This document shows, one piece after another, positions 45,646 to 54,842 of a DNA stretch of 64,000 bases. The notes below the pieces were generated by a model. It did not search any database. It saw nothing but the letters and a program-made list of their open reading frames with translations, and was not told the origin of the DNA. Position 1 is the stretch's first letter. Each line of letters begins with the position of its first letter. The stretch is from contig CAVTBR010000001.1 of the NCBI GenBank assembly GCA_963733055.1, positions 96,001-160,000 on the forward strand, in the 5' to 3' direction. Both the position numbers and the translations under genes were made by a program. Source of the DNA: Candidatus Bathyarchaeota archaeon. GTDB lineage: Archaea; Thermoproteota; Bathyarchaeia; 40CM-2-53-6.

Positions 45646-46695
45646 TTACTTCTTTTTTCTGATTTTCTCTGCGGTTGTTTGCATGACTTCCAAGGTGTAT
45701 TCTATGTCGTCTTTCTCGATTCCGCGATGAGTGACCATCCGTACTCTACTCCCTTCAAGGGCCCCTGCCTTTACTCCGGAATCGTTCAGTTTCGTAATCC
45801 ATGTTCCCCCGTCAATCCCTAGGCGGGAGACGTCGTAAACGACGATATTAGTTTGAACTTGTGATGGATCGATGGATATTCCTTCGATCGAGGTTAATCC
45901 TTTCGAGAGCATCTGTGCGTTTGAATGATCGTCTTTGAGACGATCAACCATTTTCTCGATTGCGACGATTCCTGCCGCGGCTATTACTCCTGCCTGCCGC
46001 ATGCCTCCTCCAAGCATCTTTCTGTAACGCCTCGCACTGTCAACGAATTCACGGTCTCCGACCGCGAGAGACCCGATTGGTGCACTGAGGCCTTTGGATA
46101 GGCAGAACATCATTGAATCAACGAACTTGGTCAGTTCCTTCACATCTATGTTCTGGGCTATGGCGGCGTTGAATATTCTGGCTCCGTCCATGTGCACCTT
46201 CAAACCTCTCCCATGCGCGAACTCATAGCCAGCCCTAGTTTGAGAAGGTGTCCACACTGTTCCTCCCGCACGGTTGTGAGTATTCTCGATGCAAACCAAG
46301 CTCGTTGGCGGAAAGTGAATGTTCGGAGGCCTAAGGGCGGATTCGATATCCTTCGGGGTCAACACCCCACGTTGCCCTTTCACTAATCTCGGGATGAGCC
46401 CGCCAAGAACTGAGAATGCGCCTACCTCATAGTAGTACATGTGCGCTTCAGCTTCTAGAATTACTTCCTCGCCCCGCTTTGTTTGACTTAGCACGCTTAC
46501 GAGGTTAGCTTGTGTTCCGCTAGTTGTGAGGAGGGCCGCCTCTTTGCCCATCTTCTTGGCGGCAATTTCCTCCAGACGATTGACAGTAGGATCCTCACCG
46601 TAGACGTCATCGCCGAGTGGAGCTGATCGCATAGCATCCAGCATCTCCGTCGTGGGAAGGGTTACTGTATCGCTTCTGAGATCTACGACTCGCAT
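45646..46695 (-). CDS. ltaE: Low-specificity L-threonine aldolase
   Basis: DLRSDTVT, GDDVYGEDPT, ENTHN, HMDGAR, CLSKGLSAP, GGGMRQAG. Confidence 0.95.
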   Translation of the reverse strand: MRVVDLRSDTVTLPTTEMLDAMRSAPLGDDVYGEDPTVNRLEEIAAKKMGKEAALLTTSGTQANLVSVLSQTKRGEEVILEAEAHMYYYEVGAFSVLGGLIPRLVKGQRGVLTPKDIESALRPPNIHFPPTSLVCIENTHNRAGGTVWTPSQTRAGYEFAHGRGLKVHMDGARIFNAAIAQNIDVKELTKFVDSMMFCLSKGLSAPIGSLAVGDREFVDSARRYRKMLGGGMRQAGVIAAAGIVAIEKMVDRLKDDHSNAQMLSKGLTSIEGISIDPSQVQTNIVVYDVSRLGIDGGTWITKLNDSGVKAGALEGSRVRMVTHRGIEKDDIEYTLEVMQTTAEKIRKKK

Positions 46696-46838
46696 CTACG
46701 ACCACGGAAGGTGAGCCATGAATCGATAACATATAGGCAGTATGGATGCAAGCTTCCCCGTATTATCTGGGTCAACGAGAAACATTCATGGTCTAGGAAT
46801 ATTCGGAATTGATCCAACGGCTGATTGGCATGCCTCAG

Positions 46839-48218
46839 TTAACCGCCGGCACGATCGAGAATTTTTCCGCATTGGTCGCAAAAATCAGCGCCTGATTCCA
46901 ACTCTCTACCACAATTTGTGCAATTAACCCGGGCTGAACTTCGGCGGCTGTCTGGCTTGCCGGTAGAGGTCACCTGATCGGAATCGAGTTTCGTGTTCTT
47001 GGGATTAAGAAGGCGTCCTAGTTTTGGCTTTAGGACCTCGCTAGACTTGGCTTCTCCCACACCTAGGCTCAATTCTTTAGCGCGAGCTTCAGTTACCGTC
47101 TTTTGTCCGTTCAGTTGTCGCGACATCTTTTGAATCGCCTCAGTTACCGCAGACGTGACGTCCCGATCCTCAACCTCTGCGCGAGTAGGCGGATTGTCAC
47201 GTTCTGAAATCTGCGGCTGTTCTTTCCCTTGCAGCAACGCTGGAATCTTCTTCGTGACTTCGATCTGATCCGCGCCTTCGATCACTTGGATACCGTATAG
47301 GCTAGCAACCTTCAATCCCTCCCGATTCATCTTTGGAATGGCCACGACAAATGACCTTTCGACCTCAGCGTCGAACTTTTTCGCGAACAAGGTCGCGACA
47401 ACGTCTTGGTTCACTTCGGTCGCGTTGGTAGCGATTGCGAACACGAAATTCTTGTCACCCTCCCTTGCTACTATGTCGAAGTCTTGCTCGATACCGGATT
47501 GACCTTTGATGAAGCCTGGAGATTGCACATTGAACCCCATTTCTCTCAAACGATTCACAATAGGAAACTGGACCACGCAGTTGGAGACCACTTCCTGTCT
47601 AAAGGCTTCATTGAACTCATAAATGTAAACCGGCGATAGTTTCGCGTTTTCGTAACTGAATTTGATCTTGCAGTTGAGGCAACGATGGATTATGCTCGGC
47701 GCCGAGAAGCTTCTATTGCATTTTTCACAACGAAAGGTATCTCGGATCTTGCTATAATCGGTGCCAATCAAGCGAAGTACGGACCTGCATTTCGGGCAGA
47801 TTAGATTGTCTGCCTGTGCAAATTCGTCCATTAATCCAACGTGACCGCATTTGTAGTGTTCGAGAAGGGTTCCGCGTTTTAACGTCGGTGACTTGCAAAA
47901 CGGACATGCATAGGAATCGTGGATGGTCATGCGAGATGCGCACTCGGGACAAGCGGCTTCCACGTCAACCGTTGTGCGTCGGAAGAGGCGGTGTTGTGAA
48001 ACCTCTTCCAGTAAAGATGAGCTTTCCAAGATCCTTAGTAGCCTATTGATCTCTGGATAGGTATAGCCCTCGCTCGTAACTGTTGGCGGTATCTCTTCGT
48101 GCCCATTGACAACATAGTCAAGCAACGCTCGAACGTCGGGGCGTTTGTATAATCTGAGCCTAGTCTCCGTTGCCGCTTCAGCGGTGGGATCCGCTTCCCT
48201 TCCAGACGAACCTAACAT
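46839..48218 (-). CDS. TackOD1-like multi-Zn domain plus PD-(D/E)xK-like domain and C-terminal zinc ribbon
   Basis: CPEC, CPFC, EHYKCG, CPKC...LIGTDY, CEKC, CLNC; GQSGIEQDFDIVA; CTNCG...FCDQCG. Confidence 0.75.
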   Translation of the reverse strand: MLGSSGREADPTAEAATETRLRLYKRPDVRALLDYVVNGHEEIPPTVTSEGYTYPEINRLLRILESSSLLEEVSQHRLFRRTTVDVEAACPECASRMTIHDSYACPFCKSPTLKRGTLLEHYKCGHVGLMDEFAQADNLICPKCRSVLRLIGTDYSKIRDTFRCEKCNRSFSAPSIIHRCLNCKIKFSYENAKLSPVYIYEFNEAFRQEVVSNCVVQFPIVNRLREMGFNVQSPGFIKGQSGIEQDFDIVAREGDKNFVFAIATNATEVNQDVVATLFAKKFDAEVERSFVVAIPKMNREGLKVASLYGIQVIEGADQIEVTKKIPALLQGKEQPQISERDNPPTRAEVEDRDVTSAVTEAIQKMSRQLNGQKTVTEARAKELSLGVGEAKSSEVLKPKLGRLLNPKNTKLDSDQVTSTGKPDSRRSSARVNCTNCGRELESGADFCDQCGKILDRAGG

Positions 48219-48324
48219 TCCGGATATTACCTGCCTGTCTTCCTAGTTGGTACTTTACTTAGGTCTATATGCGTGCTTGAGGCATTAGCGAATTGGAAAG
48301 CGTGCACGCATTTAGAAATGTGCT

Positions 48325-49818
48325 TTGGGAGACTCAATATTGACGTCTAGGTTGCAACGCCGTTACCGCGACCCTCATCTGCTTGCCATTCAACTAACTT
48401 CGTGGGTTCTGACTATAGTCTTCTTTTACCTGCTGTATTTGTTTCTTTACCCAAACCTGAGATTAGCGTCTCCTTCTGGAAATGTTACTTCTCCCATCTC
48501 GGGCAATGGTAACGGAAGCCCACCGTCTTCATCAGCCTACTCGTTTTTCGTCGTATTTCTGGGACAGGTTAACGATTTTGCTAGACTGTTGGTTACTTTT
48601 TACATGTCATCAACCGGGGTCGCTCTCTTTTACATCATCGTGCTGGCCGCTGCGTTCCTTAATGAAATGGCATATCTACCTCTGGCGGTCTACCATGCTA
48701 GAATCGATAAAATCCGTGATCGACGAGCGGCGACGATTAGGTCATATCCTCTCGTCTCAGTCATAGTGCCGGCACACAACGAAGAGAAGACCATCGAGAC
48801 AACGATTCTCACCCTACGAGAATCAGATTATCCGAATTTGGAAATCGTGGTGGTGAACGACGGCAGCACGGATGGAACAAGGGAGGTTGTAGAACCTTTC
48901 GCTCAGCGCAGAGAGGTCCTACTCGTGAACAGGCCTCAGGCAGGTGGAAAGGCCGTGGCGTTCAATACTGGCTTGGCCGTTGCCGGGGGCGACATTCTCC
49001 TCATGATCGATGCTGACGTGGCGTTGGCTCGAGACGCGATAAGGAGGTTGCTGGTACACTTCGAGGACGCCCAAGTCGGCGCGGCATCAGGTAACGTTAA
49101 AGTCGGTAACCGAGTGAACACACTCACCAGACTTCAGGCCTTAGAGTACATTCGAGACCTTAGCATCAGAAGACGCGCTCTGGAACTGCTTCATTCGATA
49201 ATAGTCGTTCCTGGAGCTTGTGGCGCCTTCCGGAAGCAATCGTTGAGTCGAACTGGGACAATGGATCGAGATACCGTCGTCGAGGACATGGACGCGACTA
49301 TTAGATTGGTCAAGGCCGGTGAGGATATTCGCTACGAGCCCCACAGCCTAGCATACACCGAAGCACCCGAGACTCTCTCGGCGTGGGTAAGACAGCGAAA
49401 GCGTTGGTATGGTGGAAGCTGGCAGACGCTTTCCAAACATCGAAAGAACTGGTGGAAGTTCGGTCCGCTTAGCGCGTTCGGTTATCCTAGCCTCGTATTG
49501 GCCATGATCTTTACGCCAGTTGTCGAGCTGGTTACTGCGTCAATGCTATTCCTGTATCTATACACCGGATTGTTCTACGGCGTCCTGTTGGCATTCGCGA
49601 TAATCCTAGTGATTGAGTTTTTCATGGCCTCTTTCGCTATAGTAATCGATCACGAAGATCTCCGGCTCCTTCTCTATGTTCCGATTTACATCATTATTTA
49701 TCGGATAATGGTCGACGTGGTGAGGATTCAAGGCTACGTTCTTGCCGCCACCGGAAGATTGGGTTGGTACCGCACCGGACGTTATGGCGGGATGCTGGGA
49801 AGAATAAAGAAGGCCTAG
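48325..49818 (+). CDS. Processive GT2 glycosyltransferase (PgaC/IcaA/cellulose synthase-like)
   Basis: PAHNEE, NDGSTD, GKA, DAD, ED, QRKRW, N- and C-terminal TM helices. Confidence 0.92.
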   Translation: MGDSILTSRLQRRYRDPHLLAIQLTSWVLTIVFFYLLYLFLYPNLRLASPSGNVTSPISGNGNGSPPSSSAYSFFVVFLGQVNDFARLLVTFYMSSTGVALFYIIVLAAAFLNEMAYLPLAVYHARIDKIRDRRAATIRSYPLVSVIVPAHNEEKTIETTILTLRESDYPNLEIVVVNDGSTDGTREVVEPFAQRREVLLVNRPQAGGKAVAFNTGLAVAGGDILLMIDADVALARDAIRRLLVHFEDAQVGAASGNVKVGNRVNTLTRLQALEYIRDLSIRRRALELLHSIIVVPGACGAFRKQSLSRTGTMDRDTVVEDMDATIRLVKAGEDIRYEPHSLAYTEAPETLSAWVRQRKRWYGGSWQTLSKHRKNWWKFGPLSAFGYPSLVLAMIFTPVVELVTASMLFLYLYTGLFYGVLLAFAIILVIEFFMASFAIVIDHEDLRLLLYVPIYIIIYRIMVDVVRIQGYVLAATGRLGWYRTGRYGGMLGRIKKA

Positions 49819-49837
49819 ACCCAGTTTCTGCTGCCCG

Positions 49838-51695
49838 TTATTTCTTGCAGCGCCTCGCTAGCGCTAGCACCACTAAGCCCAGTATAAGCCCCGCAATTAT
49901 GGACTCCCAGGGGAACCCTGGGATCGGAGTCAGCGTCAACTGTGGAGGGACCGTTGATATCTGCGATGCTTGAAATGCGCTTGTCGTCGATTCTATCGTG
50001 CTGAAGACGGAGACGGTTGACGACGTCAGCGATGATGTAGTCAAGGTTGCAATTGACGATGTTGACATTGAAGTCGAAGTGACATTGACCGATTGGGCCT
50101 GTAGATTCAAGACGATACTTCCCGGGCCATTAATGGTCAGGGAGGCTGCATTTGATGTAGATGAGCAAACTAGTCCGCCGGTACAGTTCCAGCTGAGGAA
50201 TGTGTAGCCTGGTGGTAAATTGCACGCCGAGACCGTGGTGGCGCCGAATGTTGTGGTATAGAACGACCCCCCGTACCCCATCCCAAGCGAGCATGAACCA
50301 AGCGTGATTAGCGCGGATGACGTTGGATTCGTTGTGGCATTGATCAGAGTAGCGTATACGGCTATCAAGACTCCCCCCGAGTTGATGGCCGAACAACCTA
50401 CGGGGTTTGCGGTGTCGCTTGAGCAAGCCACTCCTCCCGCCCAACTCCAATGGTCGAACCTCCAACCGGTTGATGGGCTGGGTAGATTCGCCGTAGCTCC
50501 AAAGCTCACGTTGCAAGCGGCCGCTGATTGAGAATTCGTGAATGTGTTCCCGCAAGCGGTGATGGTGCCCGGAGAGGTTGCATCTGCGAAGTTTGTTGGT
50601 GCAGACTGGAACGTTACGAGTTGCAGTAACGGTGCAGTCGTGGATGAGGAAGAGGTCTGGGTCACTGTTTGGAATGAGGTTTGCGTCGTCGATGTCGTCG
50701 TTTGAACTAGTTGGTTTGTCGTTTGGGTTTGTGTAGTCGACTGAGATGTTGTTTGCGTGTAGGGCTCGGAAGTCGTGGTTAGGAGCGATGAGCCTTGAGG
50801 TGTGAAGTCTATTTTGATGTTGGTGCCCGTGAGTGTGATTGTCTTGGTGATTGGACCGAAACCAGCCCCTGAGGCGGTAACCGTGATTGTTCCGGATGTT
50901 CCGATTGGGATGGCGTAGCCTCCCGAGGAGGATGAGATCGTAGTAGCTCCCGGCACTTGGCGTGATGGTTACGCCGGCTATGCCTTCGCCGATGTCGTAG
51001 AAGTTGTTGCCGTTTGCGTCGTTATAGACCACACCCGTTAAGAATGGAACTGTGTTGACGTCTGTACCGAAATCTTGCGTAATAAACGCCTGACCGTTAG
51101 GGCCCTGATAGTAGCCAACTCCCATCTCATAGTAGGCTGGGGGTGGATAGGGGAAGATGTCGAGAAGATTGATCCTATGGCCGCGGCATCCGTATCCCGG
51201 ATCAGTCATCAGGAGGTCCTCCAAGGCGGTAGCGGTCATGTCCGTGCCGGCGCCTATGTTTTCACCCACGCTACCGTAGTTATAGCCAGCATTTGAGATG
51301 CGTTGGAACGCCGAGGTTCCGTTCGGATCGCTGTGAGAGAAGTAGTTTTGGGTGTACATGTCCTCACTATGTGCTCGTGCCGTCCCAAGCAGGATAGGGT
51401 TCATGGCTAACGGAGGTCGGACTCCAACATATTCCGGCCCATAACAGCCGTTCTGGGGATCATCCTGCAATCCCTCGTGGATATCGATACCCAACCGTTG
51501 ACCCTCCGCGATTGGATTTGCTCTGGCACGGTTGATGTATTCCAGCACTAGCTGCTCCGCCGGGGTTGGATCACCTGAATTATAGAGGGAAAGAGCTCTA
51601 GCGCTAGGGCTGAGGGAAATCAGAGAGAGAAACGAGATGGTCAGAATTAGTATAATGAAAGCGAGAGAGAGCCGACGGCGAGATTTCAAAACCAT
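49838..51695 (-). CDS. Secreted CAP(SCP)-domain surface protein with PGF-type C-terminal anchor; frameshift near 50940
   Basis: Signal peptide, INRARANP, HSEDM, GENI, GHR.NLL, TQDFG, TGVVYND; continues in another frame as ISSSSGGYAIP, Thr-rich linkers, IPGFPWESIIAGLILG-TM-RR. Confidence 0.82.
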
Positions 51696-51922
51696 GCTCA
51701 GCTTCCTCTCCCTTTCAGATGAAATCGCAGTTGTGTATCGGGTTTCGATTAGACCCGTTCGGATAAGGGTTCGTTGAGGGATGACTAGATGTATGAAAAT
51801 GGGTTTGGAGGGGGATGGGTTAAAATGACATTTTTTTGTGGGGTGCGAAAATTGAACATTCTAGAACTGTGACGGCGCCATAGCTTACAGGTTCACTTCG
51901 TTCCACCTCTTCTTCTGAATCC

Positions 51923-52513
51923 CTAACCGCTGCTCTTCTTACCGTTGTCCACGTCCTCCAAGCTCTCCTCAACTCTATCCAACAAATCGTCGACCTGCGC
52001 CTTGTCCATGTCGGCGAGGATTGCACGCTCAGTCCGCGCCAGATTTGCGACGACCTCCAAGACGCGGAGCCGAGCCTTTGCATTTGCAGCTGCCTCTTCC
52101 GTCTGAAAAAACTCGTAAGCTCGCAGGAAAGCCTCCCAAGTTCTTCCCTCTAGTTCAGCTCGTTTAGGATTCCCAACTAGACCTCCAGCAACCCCCACCT
52201 CGCCGGGCTTCAAACCGCCTAGACCCTCAGCCTCCTTGCCTTCCTTCAAAGCGTCTTGAGTCGCACCCGCCTTGTACAGGAGGATGAATTCCTTCACAGC
52301 TAGGGTGAAGCTTCGCAGAGCCTGCTCTCCTTGTTTGAAAACGGCACCTTTTTCCCGGAAAGCGGTGCCGTTTTCGGCTATGTGGCGATTGAGAACGTGA
52401 CGTATGCATTCCGCTACCGGCATGTCAGAGCTAGCCGCTAGAACCCTCAACATGGCTCTGTAAGACTGGGGTATGCGAACAACCAACCGAGTCCCGACAC
52501 GTTCACGGGGCAG
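51923..52513 (-). CDS. RHH-domain hypothetical protein (possible mobile-element relic)
   Basis: LVVRIPQSYRAMLRVLAASSDMPVAECIRHVL RHH pattern; GGAGG 10 nt before in-frame CTG 52513 (track start TTG 52486). Confidence 0.55.
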   Translation of the reverse strand: MPRERVGTRLVVRIPQSYRAMLRVLAASSDMPVAECIRHVLNRHIAENGTAFREKGAVFKQGEQALRSFTLAVKEFILLYKAGATQDALKEGKEAEGLGGLKPGEVGVAGGLVGNPKRAELEGRTWEAFLRAYEFFQTEEAAANAKARLRVLEVVANLARTERAILADMDKAQVDDLLDRVEESLEDVDNGKKSSG

Positions 52514-52762
52514 AGTCTACTGTCCTCCAACTTGAACTAGAAACGGTGTCATCTAGATTCACGGAATAGGTCAAGGGACGCAGGAAGTTAGTCAGTAAGG
52601 TTAGAGCGGCTAAGGGGCTGTGTTAGCTGAAACTGCTCGGGCTCCGAATGATTGTTGGCCCTCAAACTTTGCTCATCCCTTAGTTTATTGAGCAAGTGCG
52701 ATCAAATCTAGTCAGAGAGTTATGCCGCGTTTCAAACTGAGAAATGGGCGAGGTCAAGTTGC

Positions 52763-53254
52763 TTGCCGAGAAGGCAGTTCGCAGCGCTGAGTATAGCGAT
52801 TATAGCAGCCGTAGCGTTAGTTGCGGTAGGATTTGTTTTCTACGGCAATCTGATTCCGACTAATCCGAATGAAGTAGTTGTAGTCATTGTTAATGGGGCC
52901 AGCGTGAACGCGAGTTTGGGATTCGAACCGTCGAGCATCACGATAGTGATTGGAGTCAACAATACAGTGGTCTGGAAGAACGAGGACTCGGATGGGCATA
53001 CGGTCACAAGCGACATTCCCGAGTTTGACTCTGGTATGGTTCCACCAGGCGGCACGTTCACCCATACGTTTCTGCGGGCTGGAACTTACCCCTATCACTG
53101 CGACCCACACCCATGGATGACTGGAGTGGTTATTGTGAAGGCCGCTACAACGACGGGCATAGTAACAAACGGGATGTCCGAACCAGGGCAGCAGCTTACC
53201 CTCACATCCTTGAACACGATATGCGTCGAGGAATTGGGAGATAGAATTACATAA
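52763..53254 (+). CDS. Membrane-anchored cupredoxin (plastocyanin/azurin family)
   Basis: N-terminal TM helix, FEPSSITI, GHTVT, YHCDPHPWM type-1 Cu ligands. Confidence 0.92.
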   Translation: MPRRQFAALSIAIIAAVALVAVGFVFYGNLIPTNPNEVVVVIVNGASVNASLGFEPSSITIVIGVNNTVVWKNEDSDGHTVTSDIPEFDSGMVPPGGTFTHTFLRAGTYPYHCDPHPWMTGVVIVKAATTTGIVTNGMSEPGQQLTLTSLNTICVEELGDRIT

Positions 53255-53287
53255 AGCTCCGAGCGATAAACTCCCTCCAGTGAGAAC

Positions 53288-53629
53288 GTGCGCGACGAAG
53301 AGATCGACAAGAAGCGATTACCGTCAACTCTCCAAGAATTCATCGAGAGATATCCAAAGGTATGGTCTGCCCATGAGAATCTAGGATTGGAGTGCAAACA
53401 AGCGGGTCCGTTGAGCGAGAAACAGATTCAACTCATCAAGATTGCCATTACTGGAACTCTGGCGCTCGAAACGGCATTCAAAACGCACGTGAAGAAAGCG
53501 GTGGAGACTGGTGCGTCGAAGGATGAAATCGAACACGCAATAATCCAATTACTACCAATTCTTGGAATGGGCCGGACGATGATGGCAATGAAGTGGTATC
53601 AGGAATCACTCCGCCGAAAACCAACCTAA
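53288..53629 (+). CDS. Carboxymuconolactone decarboxylase (CMD/AhpD-like) family protein
   Basis: GPLSEKQIQLIKIAI...KTHVKKAVETGASKDEI. Confidence 0.88.
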   Translation: MRDEEIDKKRLPSTLQEFIERYPKVWSAHENLGLECKQAGPLSEKQIQLIKIAITGTLALETAFKTHVKKAVETGASKDEIEHAIIQLLPILGMGRTMMAMKWYQESLRRKPT

Positions 53630-53656
53630 TACTCCCATCCTGGTTGCCGCTTCGAC

Positions 53657-54538
53657 ATGCAGAGAAAAAACCCTGTAACGATCTTCGTACTCGGGACGAG
53701 TGGTTCCGGCAAAACTACTACAATCGAGTACCTAACGGCACGCCTTACGAACCTAGGCATTCATGTTGGCGTCATCAAGCACATTCACAAGGGCGGTCTA
53801 ACCCTGGACACCCAAGGAAAGGACACATGGCGGCATGCAAAAGCAGGGGCAGAAATTGTTGTTGCCGTAGCCCCCAGGGAAGTTATGGCATTCAAGAGGA
53901 CATCGGCTGAAAATAACCTTGCCAATGCAATCAAGAGTTCGCTTACCGAGCCCATTGATGTTCTCTTCCTGGAAGGGTTCTCAACTGAAGCAACAAAACA
54001 CTCTTACAAGATCGTCACAGCACGCGACGCCACCGACCTCAAGTTTACGTTACGTAAGACCCCGCCTCCAATTCTCGCTGTGACTGGACTCGTGGCGCGA
54101 AGTTCGAACCGGAGACTCATGGCACTTGATCTACCCTCCCAAGGTGCCACGCTAACCTCCATCATCCGCCGCCTGCTCAGACCTTCTGAGTTGCAACGGT
54201 CATTGATGGGGGCGTCGAAAGACCACGGAGGTAAATGTGTAGGACTGGCAGTAGGGATGCGAGCCAGCTATCTGGCATCAAACATTCTCGGCGACCTATC
54301 CTCAAGCGGGGGCACGTTCGGAACAAAACACTGCATCGTGGACGCGTTTAGGTACATGTATCCGAAACTGAGGATCAAAGTGCCGAACAAACGGAACGAG
54401 ACGATCACAATTAAGAAGGAAGACGTTACTCTGTCAATCCGGTTGGCGCCCAAAAAGGAATACAAACGCCCTGAAGAGGTCCTAGACGTCCCGGACGACG
54501 AGTTATTTGAATCCGTAATAATCGTTCAGAGACACTAA
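53657..54538 (+). CDS. mobB: MobB fused to FmdE-like domain
   Basis: GTSGSGKTT, IKH, DTQGKDTWRH, LEGF; C-terminal HGGKCVGLAVGMRA...CIVDA...VPDDELF. Confidence 0.85.
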   Translation: MQRKNPVTIFVLGTSGSGKTTTIEYLTARLTNLGIHVGVIKHIHKGGLTLDTQGKDTWRHAKAGAEIVVAVAPREVMAFKRTSAENNLANAIKSSLTEPIDVLFLEGFSTEATKHSYKIVTARDATDLKFTLRKTPPPILAVTGLVARSSNRRLMALDLPSQGATLTSIIRRLLRPSELQRSLMGASKDHGGKCVGLAVGMRASYLASNILGDLSSSGGTFGTKHCIVDAFRYMYPKLRIKVPNKRNETITIKKEDVTLSIRLAPKKEYKRPEEVLDVPDDELFESVIIVQRH

Positions 54539-54543
54539 GTAGA

Positions 54544-54833
54544 TCAGTCTCTGATATCTTTGACGATTTCCGCTTTTGTCTTGCCTTCGGTGCTTATTCC
54601 CAACGATCTTGCGGCGACTATTAGCGGCTCAGGAGAAGACGCCCCGGTTCTGGCGTTGATGTTGATGGTAGAAGGTAACTGGAAGGTGAAGCCATTCCTT
54701 TGGAGGCCTTTTCGAACTCGCGCTTCGCCAAAGCCACTGATCTAGCCATCTCAGGAAGCTTTTGGGGCCCCCATAGGAATACGACTACTATTACGACCGC
54801 AACGGCGATTGCTTCGAATCCTACTAAGGCCAT
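54544..54833 (-). CDS. tatA: Twin-arginine translocase TatA, frameshifted near 54642
   Basis: TM-WGPQKLPEMARSVALAKREF; the archaeal tail LIVAARSLGISTEGKTKAEIV lies in the -1 frame after a GGGG run. Confidence 0.85.
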
Positions 54834-54842
54834 GTTCACAAC

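Noticed and set aside
50130-50940. His/Arg-rich C-terminal 270 aa of the 521-aa ORF as a real domain
   Set aside because: It is an out-of-frame read of the Thr/Ser-rich stalk after the frameshift; the other frame carries the anchor.
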